Source: Raphidiopsis brookii D9
Lineage (GTDB): Bacteria; Cyanobacteriota; Cyanobacteriia; Cyanobacteriales; Nostocaceae
Assembly: GCA_000175855.1 (NCBI GenBank)
Contig: ACYB01000020.1
Coordinates: 30,001-62,000, forward strand
Length of the DNA: 32,000 nucleotides
Direction: 5' to 3'
Part shown: positions 1-9,885 of the stretch, one piece after another
Layout of the letters: the number at the start of each line of letters is the position of its first letter
Numbering within the stretch: the stretch's first letter is position 1
Made by a program: the position numbers and the translations under genes
Notes under the pieces: model-generated
Seen by the model: the letters and a program-made list of their open reading frames with translations, nothing else
What the model was told of the DNA's origin: nothing
The model's database searches: none

Positions 1-425
1 ATTTCTAAGTAAATTGGCATCTCATTTCCTGTTAGGTAAAAGTCCACTCGGCTTCTTTTCTCTTTTCCATAGACCACCTCTCCTTTAATTTGCTTGTACT
101 CTCCTAGTTGTGGAAAGAGCTGTTTTTCTAAAGCTAGTTTGATTATGTTATTGGGTAAGTTGGTGTTTACACCAACCCATGTTGGTCCTGAATTATCCAC
201 TTGAATCAATTCCAAGGTATAGGCTAATTTGCGCTGGGGATTATCAGTTTTGGACAACTGCACAGCACTGCCAATTTGAGAAACTCCAGTCATGGGTCCG
301 GTGTTGGCGCAGTGCGCTGTGACTATTTCTCCAGATTCTAGTTCCACATCCACAAAAAATCGCTTGTACCTTTTTAGTAATTTTCCACAATATAATTGGT
401 TGTATTGATAAAGATAATTGTTCAT
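1..425 (-). CDS. sfsA: SfsA family protein (sugar fermentation stimulation protein A), C-terminal part cut off by window edge
   Basis: Manual reverse-strand translation from ATG at 425: MNNYLYQYNQLYCGKLLKRYKRFFVDVELESGEIVTAHCANTGPMTGV...GEVVYGKEKRSRVDFYLTGNEMPIYLE, which matches the SfsA pattern. Open to the window edge. Confidence 0.88.
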   Translation of the reverse strand, partial: MNNYLYQYNQLYCGKLLKRYKRFFVDVELESGEIVTAHCANTGPMTGVSQIGSAVQLSKTDNPQRKLAYTLELIQVDNSGPTWVGVNTNLPNNIIKLALEKQLFPQLGEYKQIKGEVVYGKEKRSRVDFYLTGNEMPIYLE

Positions 426-464
426 TGCAATATGTAGTTTATAAGTTCTGATGTTTTTGCGATG

Positions 465-2528
465 TTAGGGGGAAATCTCCCAAATATTAATCTTATTATC
501 TTTTGTTCCACCCACCAAAGTTTTACCATCAGCACTTAAAACTAAGGATGTAACAATTTTAGTGGTTACCGGTAGGGCATAAATTTCTTCCTTTTTACTT
601 ACATCCCATAATTTAATCATAGAAGAAATTTTATCAGAACAATCTAGGCAACTTTTGGCTCCACTAATCAGGGTTTTACCATCGGGACTGAAGATCACAG
701 ATGTAACATTTTGTTTTTTACTGGCAAAAATCATCTCCTTATTCTTAATATCCCAAAACTTAATTTGGCGATCGCGACTGGTACTGACAAGTTTACTACT
801 GTCCGGACTAAAAGTTAAAGATGTGACTGTTTGGGAAGTAGTATCTAATAGTGTGGTTGGTTTTTGCCCACTGGTTTGATTAATATTCCAGATTTTAATA
901 GTCTTATCAAAACTTCCACTTGCTAGGGTGAACCCATCGGGACTAAGAGCTAAGGACCTAACCCAATAATTATGGTCTAGGAGAGTTTTTAAAAACTTTC
1001 CTGTTAATAGACTCCAAACTTTAATGGTTTTATCATCTCCCGCACTAACTAGAGTTTTGCTATCTTGACTAATAGCTAGTGCTTGAACTGAGTCCTGATG
1101 ACCAACTAGATTAAAAGTAAGTTTTTTTGTTTGTAAATTCCAAACTTTAATGGTTTTATCATCTCCCGCACTGACTAGGTTGTTGCCATCTGGACTAATG
1201 GCAAGAGCGTTGATATTTTGTGTATGTCCTGGTAGGGATATAATTTGTTTGCCTGTTTTGCTATTCCATAATTTAATTTCTTTGTGACCTGCACTGACAA
1301 TAGTATTACCATCTGGAGTAATAGCCACCACTGCTAGGGATTTATCTACTTGTGTTATGGTTTTGAATAAACTAACTTTGTTAGCTCTAATAGAGGAATT
1401 TCTCCTAGATATTTGTCCATACTTGGGACTGGTAGAAGATTTATTACTTGGCATTAATAAAGGCTTAAATTGAGAAAAAATGGCCGTTTGTATTTGACCT
1501 AAGTTCCTATATCCCAATCCCCCCACAACGGAAATTGTTACCAAAGTCAAAAATATATTTGGCAAAATAGTATCTTTAGATTTTTTATGTTTACCATTTT
1601 TAGGGTATATACCAGATTTTTCTGAACCGTAAATATTCTTTTTACTAAGGTCTTTTATAACTTCATCAGCAGATTGATAGCGATTTTTCAGATCTAGTTG
1701 TAATAGCTTATCTAAAATAATAATTAGCTCAACACTCCTAGAATTTTCTAGGCAATCCTGCCAATTCTTGACCCAACCATAACCATTTTCTATCCACAAT
1801 TGAAAGGGAGATAGACCAGTTAATAGATGAAAGCAAGTAGCACCCAAGCTAAATAAATCACTAGCTGGATAGGCTTTGCCATCTCTAATTTGCTCTATGG
1901 CAGAATAACCATGAGATCCAATAGAAGTACCATATTTTTTTTGAACTGCAGCTGTTAATCGTTTGGCAGAACCAAAGTCAATTAATATTAATCTTCCATC
2001 CCTTTTACGTCGGATAATATTCTCCGGTTTGATATCTCTATGAATTACTCCCCGACTATGAATAAATTTAAGAATGGGCAACAAATCTAGTAACAAAGAT
2101 TGAATATCACTGTCTTTATAGTGCTTTCTTAATCGTAACTCTTGTAATAGGTTATTACCATCTATAAATTGCTGTACTAGGTATAAACAGTTATGTTGCT
2201 CAAAATAAGCCAATAAAGTGGGAATTTGTGGATGCTCTCCTAATTCTTGCAATCTCTTTGCTTCTTGACTAAATAACTCCATTGCTTTTTTTTGTGACCA
2301 AGTACCCTGAAACTTAGGTGCTAATTGTTTGACCACACAACTATCATTTAATTTATCTGTATCTTCTGCTAGATATGTTCTGCCAAATCCTCCTTCATCT
2401 GAAAGCACATGAATAATACGAAAACGATTTCTTAACAGTGGGACTAAAGGAGTATCACAACTTTGACAAAACTTGCTGCTATCGTGATTTTGAGGATTTT
2501 GACAATCGGGATTTAAACAACATATCAT
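465..2528 (-). CDS. Serine/threonine protein kinase with N-terminal 4-Cys motif, kinase domain, TM segment and C-terminal WD40 repeats
   Basis: CLNPDCQNPQNHDSSKFCQSC zinc-ribbon-like motif, kinase motifs VIHRDIKPENII and LIDFGSA, hydrophobic IFLTLVTISVVGGLGY, then repeated ...TLVSAGDDKTIKVW... blades. MICCLNPDC start (2528) preferred over the longer ORF start at 2549. Confidence 0.93.
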   Translation of the reverse strand: MICCLNPDCQNPQNHDSSKFCQSCDTPLVPLLRNRFRIIHVLSDEGGFGRTYLAEDTDKLNDSCVVKQLAPKFQGTWSQKKAMELFSQEAKRLQELGEHPQIPTLLAYFEQHNCLYLVQQFIDGNNLLQELRLRKHYKDSDIQSLLLDLLPILKFIHSRGVIHRDIKPENIIRRKRDGRLILIDFGSAKRLTAAVQKKYGTSIGSHGYSAIEQIRDGKAYPASDLFSLGATCFHLLTGLSPFQLWIENGYGWVKNWQDCLENSRSVELIIILDKLLQLDLKNRYQSADEVIKDLSKKNIYGSEKSGIYPKNGKHKKSKDTILPNIFLTLVTISVVGGLGYRNLGQIQTAIFSQFKPLLMPSNKSSTSPKYGQISRRNSSIRANKVSLFKTITQVDKSLAVVAITPDGNTIVSAGHKEIKLWNSKTGKQIISLPGHTQNINALAISPDGNNLVSAGDDKTIKVWNLQTKKLTFNLVGHQDSVQALAISQDSKTLVSAGDDKTIKVWSLLTGKFLKTLLDHNYWVRSLALSPDGFTLASGSFDKTIKIWNINQTSGQKPTTLLDTTSQTVTSLTFSPDSSKLVSTSRDRQIKFWDIKNKEMIFASKKQNVTSVIFSPDGKTLISGAKSCLDCSDKISSMIKLWDVSKKEEIYALPVTTKIVTSLVLSADGKTLVGGTKDNKINIWEISP

Positions 2529-2690
2529 GAGGTTGAAATTAAATTTCACACCATAAAGTAATTTCCATTTATGGTTGGGTTCAATCAGACTACTTCTTTC
2601 TGGTTATACAATATCATAAACCAAAAATCAGGTCAATCTGTTAACAAGTTGTTAAAGCTCTATAATGGTTCTGTAAATAGTTTTTTCAAT

Positions 2691-3200
2691 CTATCCTCTC
2701 CGTTTAAACCACTTATTAATCACTGCACTCATCACCGTATTTACAGTTTCTTTGATTTGGTGCTGACGATTCCACTTTTGAAAAGCAGCTTCATATTCTT
2801 CCCCTTGATTACGAAAGGTTTTCCAAACCTCAACTAGGATAACTAATCCCGAAAACATCAAAATATATAGAGACCAGGTTAAACTAGCACTGCCAATTAA
2901 ATTTGTCAGCACGAAAAAAGTGTTAATAATTATATAGTTCCTATACGGTTCTTTTAATTTATTTTGACGATAAGTATCAAAAGCCTTTCTCTGCTGTGTT
3001 TCGCTCTGTTGAGCTAACCACTCAGTTTTGGCTTGCAAAACAGATTCTGGTTCAATTTGTAGCTCCTTAGCAATCTCTAAAATCTGCTGATAGGAAAACT
3101 CTTGACTAAGATCTTTACTCTGACGGGCGATCGCCAGGTTTAAAATTTCCTGTACCTCTTCCTGGGTGTAAAAACGCAGTTTATTGGATTCTGATGTCAT
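2691..3200 (-). CDS. 2TM domain-containing-like membrane protein
   Basis: ORF 2691..3251; likely start MTSESNKLRFYTQEEVQEIL at 3200; two adjacent hydrophobic segments (NYIIINTFFVLTNLIGSASLTWSLYILMFSGLVILVEV). Confidence 0.65.
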   Translation of the reverse strand: MTSESNKLRFYTQEEVQEILNLAIARQSKDLSQEFSYQQILEIAKELQIEPESVLQAKTEWLAQQSETQQRKAFDTYRQNKLKEPYRNYIIINTFFVLTNLIGSASLTWSLYILMFSGLVILVEVWKTFRNQGEEYEAAFQKWNRQHQIKETVNTVMSAVINKWFKRRG

Positions 3201-3277
3201 GTTTTCTTTCCTGATCATCATTTTAAAAGGTAGCAACGGTGGAATCCACACTCCACCAATTCCACATTAGCATTTTC

Positions 3278-4120
3278 CTACAGGAATCTGGGACGGTTAT
3301 GTTGGTTGAACAGCAGTTTCTCCCCCAAAACCTCCCAATTTTCCTCTTCGATCAATTTGATGAATAAATCCAGGTGGTCACGATATTGATGTAATGAATT
3401 GATGAGTGCTTGGCTATTATATTGTGCCATCATTACCCCCAGTTCGGGATTGCCACCACCTACCCGACTGGTATCCCGAAAACCAGAACTGGCAAGCTTT
3501 TGAGCCAGTTCTAAAATTTCTAAATCTGTTTCATTTAAACAAGCATCAATTAAAGCAGCACTAACCATCACTGGTAAATGAGATATCCAGCTTACAGCCC
3601 GATCATGTTGCTCCGGTGAACAGTAGTAAACATTAGATCCAAGCGATCGCACAATTTCTTCTAGTAGTGTTAAGTTGTTTTTGATTGGTTTGTCAACTGG
3701 AGTAATCACATAAGGACAATTCACAAACAAGTTAAACTGGGCAGCTTCTATGCCCGCACTAGTATTTCCGGCCATGGGGTGACCACCAATAAAATTCTCC
3801 CATAAGGGGGAAATAGAATGGACTATGGGTCCTTTCACAGAACCAACATCAGTAATAATAGTAGTCTTATGTAAATAGGGTAGTAACTCTTTTATCTGAG
3901 GTACAATTAATCCTATAGGAGTACAAACAAATATTAGTTCTGCACTTACCAATAAACTAAAATCAATACTAGCTTGGTCTACACTGCCAATTTCCATGGC
4001 TTTTTGACAGGTTGATTCTCGACGACTGACCCCCAAAACATAATGTCCTTGGGAGCGTAAGTCAAAACCCAAAGAACCACCAATCAATCCTAAACCCAGA
4101 ATACCAATTTTCATTTTCAT
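3278..4120 (-). CDS. tyrA: Prephenate/arogenate dehydrogenase (TyrA family)
   Basis: N-terminal GLGLIGGSLG Rossmann motif, DVGSVKGPI, GGHPMAGNTSAGIEAA, SHLPVMVSAAL, ASSGFRDTSRVGGGNPELG. Confidence 0.92.
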   Translation of the reverse strand: MKMKIGILGLGLIGGSLGFDLRSQGHYVLGVSRRESTCQKAMEIGSVDQASIDFSLLVSAELIFVCTPIGLIVPQIKELLPYLHKTTIITDVGSVKGPIVHSISPLWENFIGGHPMAGNTSAGIEAAQFNLFVNCPYVITPVDKPIKNNLTLLEEIVRSLGSNVYYCSPEQHDRAVSWISHLPVMVSAALIDACLNETDLEILELAQKLASSGFRDTSRVGGGNPELGVMMAQYNSQALINSLHQYRDHLDLFIKLIEEENWEVLGEKLLFNQHNRPRFL

Positions 4121-4415
4121 CTTGAGAGATTAAATTGGGCCTATTCATCAGTTTGAATCCCCACATTAATCGTAGAATTAAACCTTATATTTATCCTTAA
4201 TAACATCAATTATGAAAAAGCTGATTAATTAACCAGAAAACTTTGTCAAAGAAAGTCTTATGGGTATGGCTAGGTCACACAGTGGTCTAATAAAAGTAAA
4301 CTTTGACCCGATTATTTAATGCTCAGGAGTGTATTGGAAGTGGTAGAGGGAGATGGAAATAATCTGCCAACCAATCTCTTGTGCTGAGTTGAATTTTGCC
4401 TACAGATACAGGAAC

Positions 4416-4443
4416 TTGACACAGAAAATATGTATGATATAGT
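4416..4443 (+). promoter_or_regulatory. Putative sigma70-type promoter for tRNA-Val (TTGACA-N16-TATAGT)
   Basis: TTGACA at 4416-4421, TATAGT at 4438-4443, 16-nt spacer, 14 nt before the tRNA 5' end. Confidence 0.6.
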
Positions 4444-4457
4444 AGAATTGGAGTTAA

Positions 4458-4531
<74 letters not shown>

Positions 4532-4542
4532 CTCCTCCCATT

Positions 4543-4911
4543 TCACACCTTGCGCATACCATGATTGAGCGGGTCAAAGCCCCTTGGTAGTTTAGTGTTC
4601 ATGTCATACATAGCACCGTTCAAGTTAGCACCATAGAACTTGGTGTAGTTCAGTTTAGCCCCTCTAAGATTGGCGTTAGAAAGATTCACCCCGCACAAGT
4701 TAGCTCTGGTTAAATTCGCATTGGCCAAATTGGCTTGGCTCAAGTTTGCTCCCCAAAGTTTGGCCCTAGCCAAATTAGCTCTACTTAAATCTGCCCCCCA
4801 CAAATTGATTCCGGGCAAATAGGCATCAATAAGTCTAACCCCAATCAAATCAGCAGATACAAAGTACCTCTCGCCTGTGGCATAAAGCCGTCTTACATCT
4901 TCTGCTTCCAT
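4543..4911 (-). CDS. Pentapeptide repeat protein
   Basis: Repeated A(N/D)LXX units: NLWGADLSRANLARAKLWGANLSQANLANANLTRANLCGVNLSNANLRGAKL. Confidence 0.92.
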   Translation of the reverse strand: MEAEDVRRLYATGERYFVSADLIGVRLIDAYLPGINLWGADLSRANLARAKLWGANLSQANLANANLTRANLCGVNLSNANLRGAKLNYTKFYGANLNGAMYDMNTKLPRGFDPLNHGMRKV

Positions 4912-5001
4912 TTATTCACGCTTACCCAAGAAAGAGATTAAAAATAGGTTAACTTTCGCAGTAGTTTGAGTATATAGCTTTAGCCATAAGCAGTCAAAAA
5001 A

Positions 5002-5670
5002 ATGATTGAATATCAATGTATAAGCGACTTAAACATTTATGATTCTCCCGAATGTGTCCGATTAGCAACCCAAGCTGCTAGGGGAAGGAATTTAAGAATT
5101 CTGTGGGAAGGACAAATTCAAGATAATTGTGTTGAAGTTTATTTGTGTGAAGATCAGTACCCAGGATGGATTGATCCCAATGATTTGCACCTATTAAAAC
5201 TTGCTACAAAACCCTATCAACCACCTAATTTTACTGCTTTAGAAATTGAGAAACTTGTACCGGATGTAATTGAATTTACTCAAAAAGCCATGAGACAAAC
5301 CAACTATTATCTATGGGGTGGAACTGTGGGGCCCAATTATGATTGTTCCGGTTTAATACAGGCTGCTTTCTTATCTGTTGGTGTATGGATACCAAGGGAT
5401 GCTTATCAACAAGAAGCGTTTACTCAAATTATAGATATTAATCAGATACAGATAGGAGATTTAGTATTTTTTGGTACTCCCCAAAAAGCTACCCATGTGG
5501 GTTTATATTTAGGAAATGGATATTATATTCACAGCTCAGGAAAAGACCAGGGACGCAACGGAATTGGAATTGATCAATTATCACCAGATGGCGATCGCAT
5601 TAGTCAGTTATACTATAAACAACTGCGTGGATCTGGCAGAGTTGTGAGAAGTTATACTGGCAAGTATTAA
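5002..5670 (+). CDS. SH3b-NlpC/P60 family cell-wall endopeptidase
   Basis: YDCSGLIQAAFLSVGVWIPRDAYQQ (catalytic Cys region), GDLVFFGTPQKATHVGLYLGNGYYIHSSG (catalytic His region), N-terminal SH3b-like region. Confidence 0.9.
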   Translation: MIEYQCISDLNIYDSPECVRLATQAARGRNLRILWEGQIQDNCVEVYLCEDQYPGWIDPNDLHLLKLATKPYQPPNFTALEIEKLVPDVIEFTQKAMRQTNYYLWGGTVGPNYDCSGLIQAAFLSVGVWIPRDAYQQEAFTQIIDINQIQIGDLVFFGTPQKATHVGLYLGNGYYIHSSGKDQGRNGIGIDQLSPDGDRISQLYYKQLRGSGRVVRSYTGKY

Positions 5671-5724
5671 CTACATTAACCACCACTAATTCTAGCCCTA
5701 CTTATTTCTTACTTGGTAATACTT

Positions 5725-6735
5725 ATGACTAATTATCCCCTGCCAGCCACCAATGAAAAATTACCTAGTAGTCAATATAAAGCACTTGACGTTTCAGTGG
5801 TTTTGCCCATTAAAGATGAACTAGAAAGTTTGCCATTATTGTTAGAGGGAATTTGTCATGCTTTACAAGTGAATAAATTAAATTATGAAATTATCTGCGT
5901 AGATGATGGGTCTAAGGATGGTTCAGTAGAGTTTCTCAAGAACCAGGCTCAACTGCGCAATGATCTAAAAGTAATAATTTTGCGACGTAATTATGGGCAA
6001 ACAGCTGCTATGTCCGCTGGTTTTAATTATGCCACAGGTGAAACCATTGTTACCTTAGATGCGGATTTACAAAACGACCCCATGGATATTCCCGCACTAT
6101 TAGCTAAACTAGATGAGGGTTATGACCTAGTGACTGGTTGGCGGCAAAATCGCCAGGATGGAGCAATAAATCGCCTCGTACCCTCGAAAATTGCTAACTG
6201 GTTAATTCGTCGTGCTACTGGTGTTTATGTTCATGACTATGGTTGTTCTCTCAAGGCCTACCGTGCAGAATTAGTAGCAGATATGAACCTATATGGAGAA
6301 TTACATCGGTTTCTGCCTGCATTAGCATATATTGAAGGAGCAAGAATTGCAGAAATACCAGTACATCATTATGCAAGACGTTTTGGTAAAAGCAAATATG
6401 GTATACATCGGACTTTTCGGGTATTGATGGATTTAATAACTATTCTTTTTATGAAAAAGTTTCTCACTAGTCCGATGCACGTTTTTGGATTATTAGGTTT
6501 AATTTCAATGATTATTGGTGGCGGACTAAGTATTTACCTCACCATTCTCAAGTTGTTTTTTTATCTCAATATTGGTAGTCGCCCCCTACTAATTTTAGCG
6601 GTATTATTGCTGGTTACGGGAGTACAGTTGTTTTGTTTTGGACTATTAGCAGAAATGCTAATGCGTACCTATCATGAGTCCCAGGGGAGGCCAATATATC
6701 GGGTTAGGGAAGTTGTAGGTAAGATTCCCAACTAG
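5725..6735 (+). CDS. Membrane-anchored family 2 glycosyltransferase (DPM1/GtrB-like)
   Basis: SVVLPIKDELESLPLLLEGI, ICVDDGSKDGS, LDADLQNDP, VTGWRQNR..., two C-terminal TM segments. ORF track starts at TTG 5713; ATG 5725 is the more likely start. Confidence 0.9.
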   Translation: MTNYPLPATNEKLPSSQYKALDVSVVLPIKDELESLPLLLEGICHALQVNKLNYEIICVDDGSKDGSVEFLKNQAQLRNDLKVIILRRNYGQTAAMSAGFNYATGETIVTLDADLQNDPMDIPALLAKLDEGYDLVTGWRQNRQDGAINRLVPSKIANWLIRRATGVYVHDYGCSLKAYRAELVADMNLYGELHRFLPALAYIEGARIAEIPVHHYARRFGKSKYGIHRTFRVLMDLITILFMKKFLTSPMHVFGLLGLISMIIGGGLSIYLTILKLFFYLNIGSRPLLILAVLLLVTGVQLFCFGLLAEMLMRTYHESQGRPIYRVREVVGKIPN

Positions 6736-6799
6736 TAATGGTTAGTCTCCAGAAAAGTCCTCATCCAGAATTTCCTCTATTTGAAAGCGATCTAGGAAT

Positions 6800-9133
6800 T
6801 TATTTACCGTCAATCTTATCTACAGTGAGGTTTTGGATACGGGTGTCAAGCGCTGAACCAACATCAACAACTCCATAGGCGTTAGTGCTAAAGCGATCGC
6901 CAAGATACTCGGCTAAAACATCCTGTTCAGTACCAGGACGCGCAAAGGTAAATTTGCCCGGATCCAAACTTAAACCAGCATCCAATTTGCCATTACCATT
7001 AACATCAGCCGTTTCACCACGCAAATCAACTCGGTTAGCTAGGTTTGCATTTTGCTTGACAAAGCTAGGAAAAGGATAGTTCTCACCACCAAGGAAAGCA
7101 GTGGTACTAATACCGGCTAAAAATTTTAGTGTTACCATTCTGAAGCTGCGGTTGACATCTCCAACTAACACACCATCTTTCACAATGATGTCTACCAATG
7201 AACCATCTTCTTTGACCACTGCTAAATTACGAACCCGCTTACCCTGTCTAATGACTTCACCTGTCGTACTATTAAACTGAATCGATGTCTTAGTAGAATC
7301 AAAGCTGAAGTTTAACCCGGATATCTGGGGGAATTGTCCTGGGGTTGTACCTGGGGCAGTACCCGCTAATGCATGTTCAATTATGTGGTGTAGTTGTTGG
7401 GCGGTAACCGTAATTAGTGATAGGTCATTATTAAAACGGAGGGAGTTCTCGATGTCTAACTGAGACACATCACCCTCCTTTTTAGTTGGTGCTAAAGGGT
7501 TGGGCTGAGTTGGCAGCTTAACAACATCATCTTTGCTGATTGCTCCTGCACCCGTACCAATCGCACCGATATTGTCGCGGATACCACCGCCATTTTTCAG
7601 GGAGATAACCACGCTGGGATCTATCTGCTTGGCATACCAAAGATTGGCATCAGCGGTCAAGTTGCCAAGGTTGGTTTCTTGAGTGCGCACATCCTCACGA
7701 GTACCGTTGAGAAACACACTGGCCTTGCCCACAACTAAGTTGTCTTTACTAGCAAGAAGGTTTTTGATACTATCGGTTATGGCCACCACATTAGGATTGG
7801 CTACAGCACGAGGATCAACATCACTGCCATAGACTCGATCAACTCCTGCATCATCTGTAGAATAAGCTCCATTAATCGTGTTATTTAGTTTGTCAACCAG
7901 AATCACCCCATCCTTGTCAAATTCAGCCACTAAACGCCCGACGTACTTGTAATTAGCACCCGTATTGACTACCAAAATAGGCTTGCCATCTGCGCCTGTC
8001 TTGACAAGAGGGTAATCACCCTTGCTGCTGTCACCTGTTCTCAGCGCATCATTGGTATCAGACAGAATAGTATGGCTGCCCCCCGCGATGATAAGATCTA
8101 CATCTCTTAATCGCTTCGCCAATTCATCTCGCTCAATATTTAACTGCTGCATGTGAGCTAACAAGATGGTCTTGTTAATACCTTGTGCTTTTAGTATATC
8201 TACAGAAGTTTGAATTTCTGCAGCTAATGCGTCATAGTCAATGGGGGTAGCTGGTTTGACGATAGTGCTGCCACTTGAAGAGATATTTGCCAAAGTTGGT
8301 GTAGTTGCACCAACAATGCCAATTCTTTGATCGTCAGCGGTGCCAGTAATACCATCAATACCCGCAACATTGATGATGGTACTTTTAGCAATTTTGCCCT
8401 TAATAGAGCTAGCATCAGCGGTATTTTGGTTGGCGGCCAGGTCAGTTGCACTAAGGTTGCCCGCTGTAATTTCAGGACTAAAATCAAGGTTAGTACTCAA
8501 ATAGGGGAAGTTAGTGCCCGGGTTGCCACTTCCCAGTCTGAGGATATCACGCACTTGTCTGACACCCAGGTCAAACTCATGGTTGCCAAATGCGGAAGCT
8601 TGAATGCCAATCCCATTTAAAATGCCAATATCACCACGTCCAATCACTGGAGCAGTACTAGAGTCTAATCCACCCACATTATTCAACCTGGTATCGCTGG
8701 AAGCATTGAAAAATGGACCTGAGATGTAGTTATCGCCAGAGGAGAGAATCAGTGTGTTGGTTTTGTATTTAGGATCATCCTTGAGCTTATTGACAACAGC
8801 TGAGAAACCAATTGCATCGGTAAGAGCGGGAATGCCACCCTCAAAGTCGGAACCATGAAGAACTTGTAGGGTGAAGTTTCCTGTATTAGTTGCAGCTGAC
8901 ACTGATTTAAAAGCAGTACCATGGTTATGAAATTTATTATATTCAGTTTTCACATATTGCGAGAGGGTTGTATTGTTATGAATGACTCCCAGATCCTGGG
9001 ATCTTAGGGTAGCCAATTGACTGTCAATAATGGTGGTAAGGAAACCTTCTGGTCTCATTACTAATTGCAGTAGTAACAGTACTACTAGTTGGGTTAAAGA
9101 GGGTAACTGTAAACTCTTCATCTGATTCAACAT
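6800..9133 (-). CDS. Secreted 5'-nucleotidase / bifunctional metallophosphatase family protein
   Basis: LQVLHGSDFEGG, LSSGDNYISGPFF, ASAFGNHEFDLG, GGSHTILSD, then a C-terminal nucleotidase domain (NGGGIRDNIG, ...SLRFNNDLSLITVTAQQLHHIIEHAL). ATG at 9133 has AGGAG upstream; the ORF-track GTG start is at 9151. Confidence 0.87.
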   Translation of the reverse strand: MLNQMKSLQLPSLTQLVVLLLLQLVMRPEGFLTTIIDSQLATLRSQDLGVIHNNTTLSQYVKTEYNKFHNHGTAFKSVSAATNTGNFTLQVLHGSDFEGGIPALTDAIGFSAVVNKLKDDPKYKTNTLILSSGDNYISGPFFNASSDTRLNNVGGLDSSTAPVIGRGDIGILNGIGIQASAFGNHEFDLGVRQVRDILRLGSGNPGTNFPYLSTNLDFSPEITAGNLSATDLAANQNTADASSIKGKIAKSTIINVAGIDGITGTADDQRIGIVGATTPTLANISSSGSTIVKPATPIDYDALAAEIQTSVDILKAQGINKTILLAHMQQLNIERDELAKRLRDVDLIIAGGSHTILSDTNDALRTGDSSKGDYPLVKTGADGKPILVVNTGANYKYVGRLVAEFDKDGVILVDKLNNTINGAYSTDDAGVDRVYGSDVDPRAVANPNVVAITDSIKNLLASKDNLVVGKASVFLNGTREDVRTQETNLGNLTADANLWYAKQIDPSVVISLKNGGGIRDNIGAIGTGAGAISKDDVVKLPTQPNPLAPTKKEGDVSQLDIENSLRFNNDLSLITVTAQQLHHIIEHALAGTAPGTTPGQFPQISGLNFSFDSTKTSIQFNSTTGEVIRQGKRVRNLAVVKEDGSLVDIIVKDGVLVGDVNRSFRMVTLKFLAGISTTAFLGGENYPFPSFVKQNANLANRVDLRGETADVNGNGKLDAGLSLDPGKFTFARPGTEQDVLAEYLGDRFSTNAYGVVDVGSALDTRIQNLTVDKIDGK

Positions 9134-9239
9134 TAGTATCTCCTGACACATTTAACGTGATAATTTTATTTAAATATTTATATTTAAGTTATGATTGTAA
9201 ATTACCACACTTTGGCTTGAAAATCCAAAGTTAATCCTG

Positions 9240-9701
9240 TTACTTGCGGGGAGATAAAAACAGAACTGCCACAAAAGCAAATAGTGCAGCTAATCCTGGT
9301 GCAACAGTATATACAAAACCACTGACATAAAGGTTTTGAAACCAATTACTATAATCTGGGGTTCCACCACTGCCATCACTGCTGTCCCATACTAATCTAT
9401 AATGGGTAAAAAGGTAGGCAAACCCCAAAAATAATGGGGTTAATAGCCCCATTGTCGGGTTAAAAACACGCCAAACCTGAATATGTGTGGTTAACTGCAT
9501 TCGGGTCAGGAATATAGCAGCAACTATTAGGAGGGTACTACCCAGCAAACCACTTAAAATACCAAGCAGGAGTCCAAATAACAGAATAATACCCATTTTG
9601 AACTGATTCCTAATTTCACTTCCCAGGGGACCCTCCGATTTTAAACTATTACCGTACGACTTTGACTTTTGCCTTAGCCAAAAAAAGGTTTGAAAAGTCA
9701 T
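9240..9701 (-). CDS. Hypothetical membrane protein (153 aa)
   Basis: Intact ORF with several hydrophobic segments (MGIILLFGLLLGILSGLLGSTLLIVAAIFL; VAPGLAALFAFVAVLFLS). No family recognised. Confidence 0.6.
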   Translation of the reverse strand: MTFQTFFWLRQKSKSYGNSLKSEGPLGSEIRNQFKMGIILLFGLLLGILSGLLGSTLLIVAAIFLTRMQLTTHIQVWRVFNPTMGLLTPLFLGFAYLFTHYRLVWDSSDGSGGTPDYSNWFQNLYVSGFVYTVAPGLAALFAFVAVLFLSPRK

Positions 9702-9885
9702 AAAACTGCGATTTTTTAATCTTTAACCTAATTATAACCATATCTTAAACTAACTCCCATCCTAATCTTGTATGTTCGTTGGTAGTTTCTTCTTAATAAA
9801 GTCTTTAAGTATCTTGAGCTATTACCCAGAAACCGTTGGATTTTCAGTTTTGGAATATTGGTATATTTGGAGGAGATATGGAAAC

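Noticed and set aside
1-425. Suspected frameshift in partial sfsA near position 55
   Set aside because: A first-pass translation error; careful reverse complement (GGAAAAGAGAAAAGAAGCCGAGTGGAC) gives continuous GKEKRSRVDFYLTGNEMPIYLE.
655-879. Plus-strand ORF inside the kinase gene
   Set aside because: Antisense shadow of a strongly supported WD40 coding region.
2571-2837. 88-aa plus-strand ORF
   Set aside because: Overlaps the 3' end of the 2TM-like gene in antisense and has no recognisable protein features.
8224-8620. ORFs on both strands inside the nucleotidase gene
   Set aside because: Low-complexity shadow ORFs of the confirmed metallophosphatase frame.
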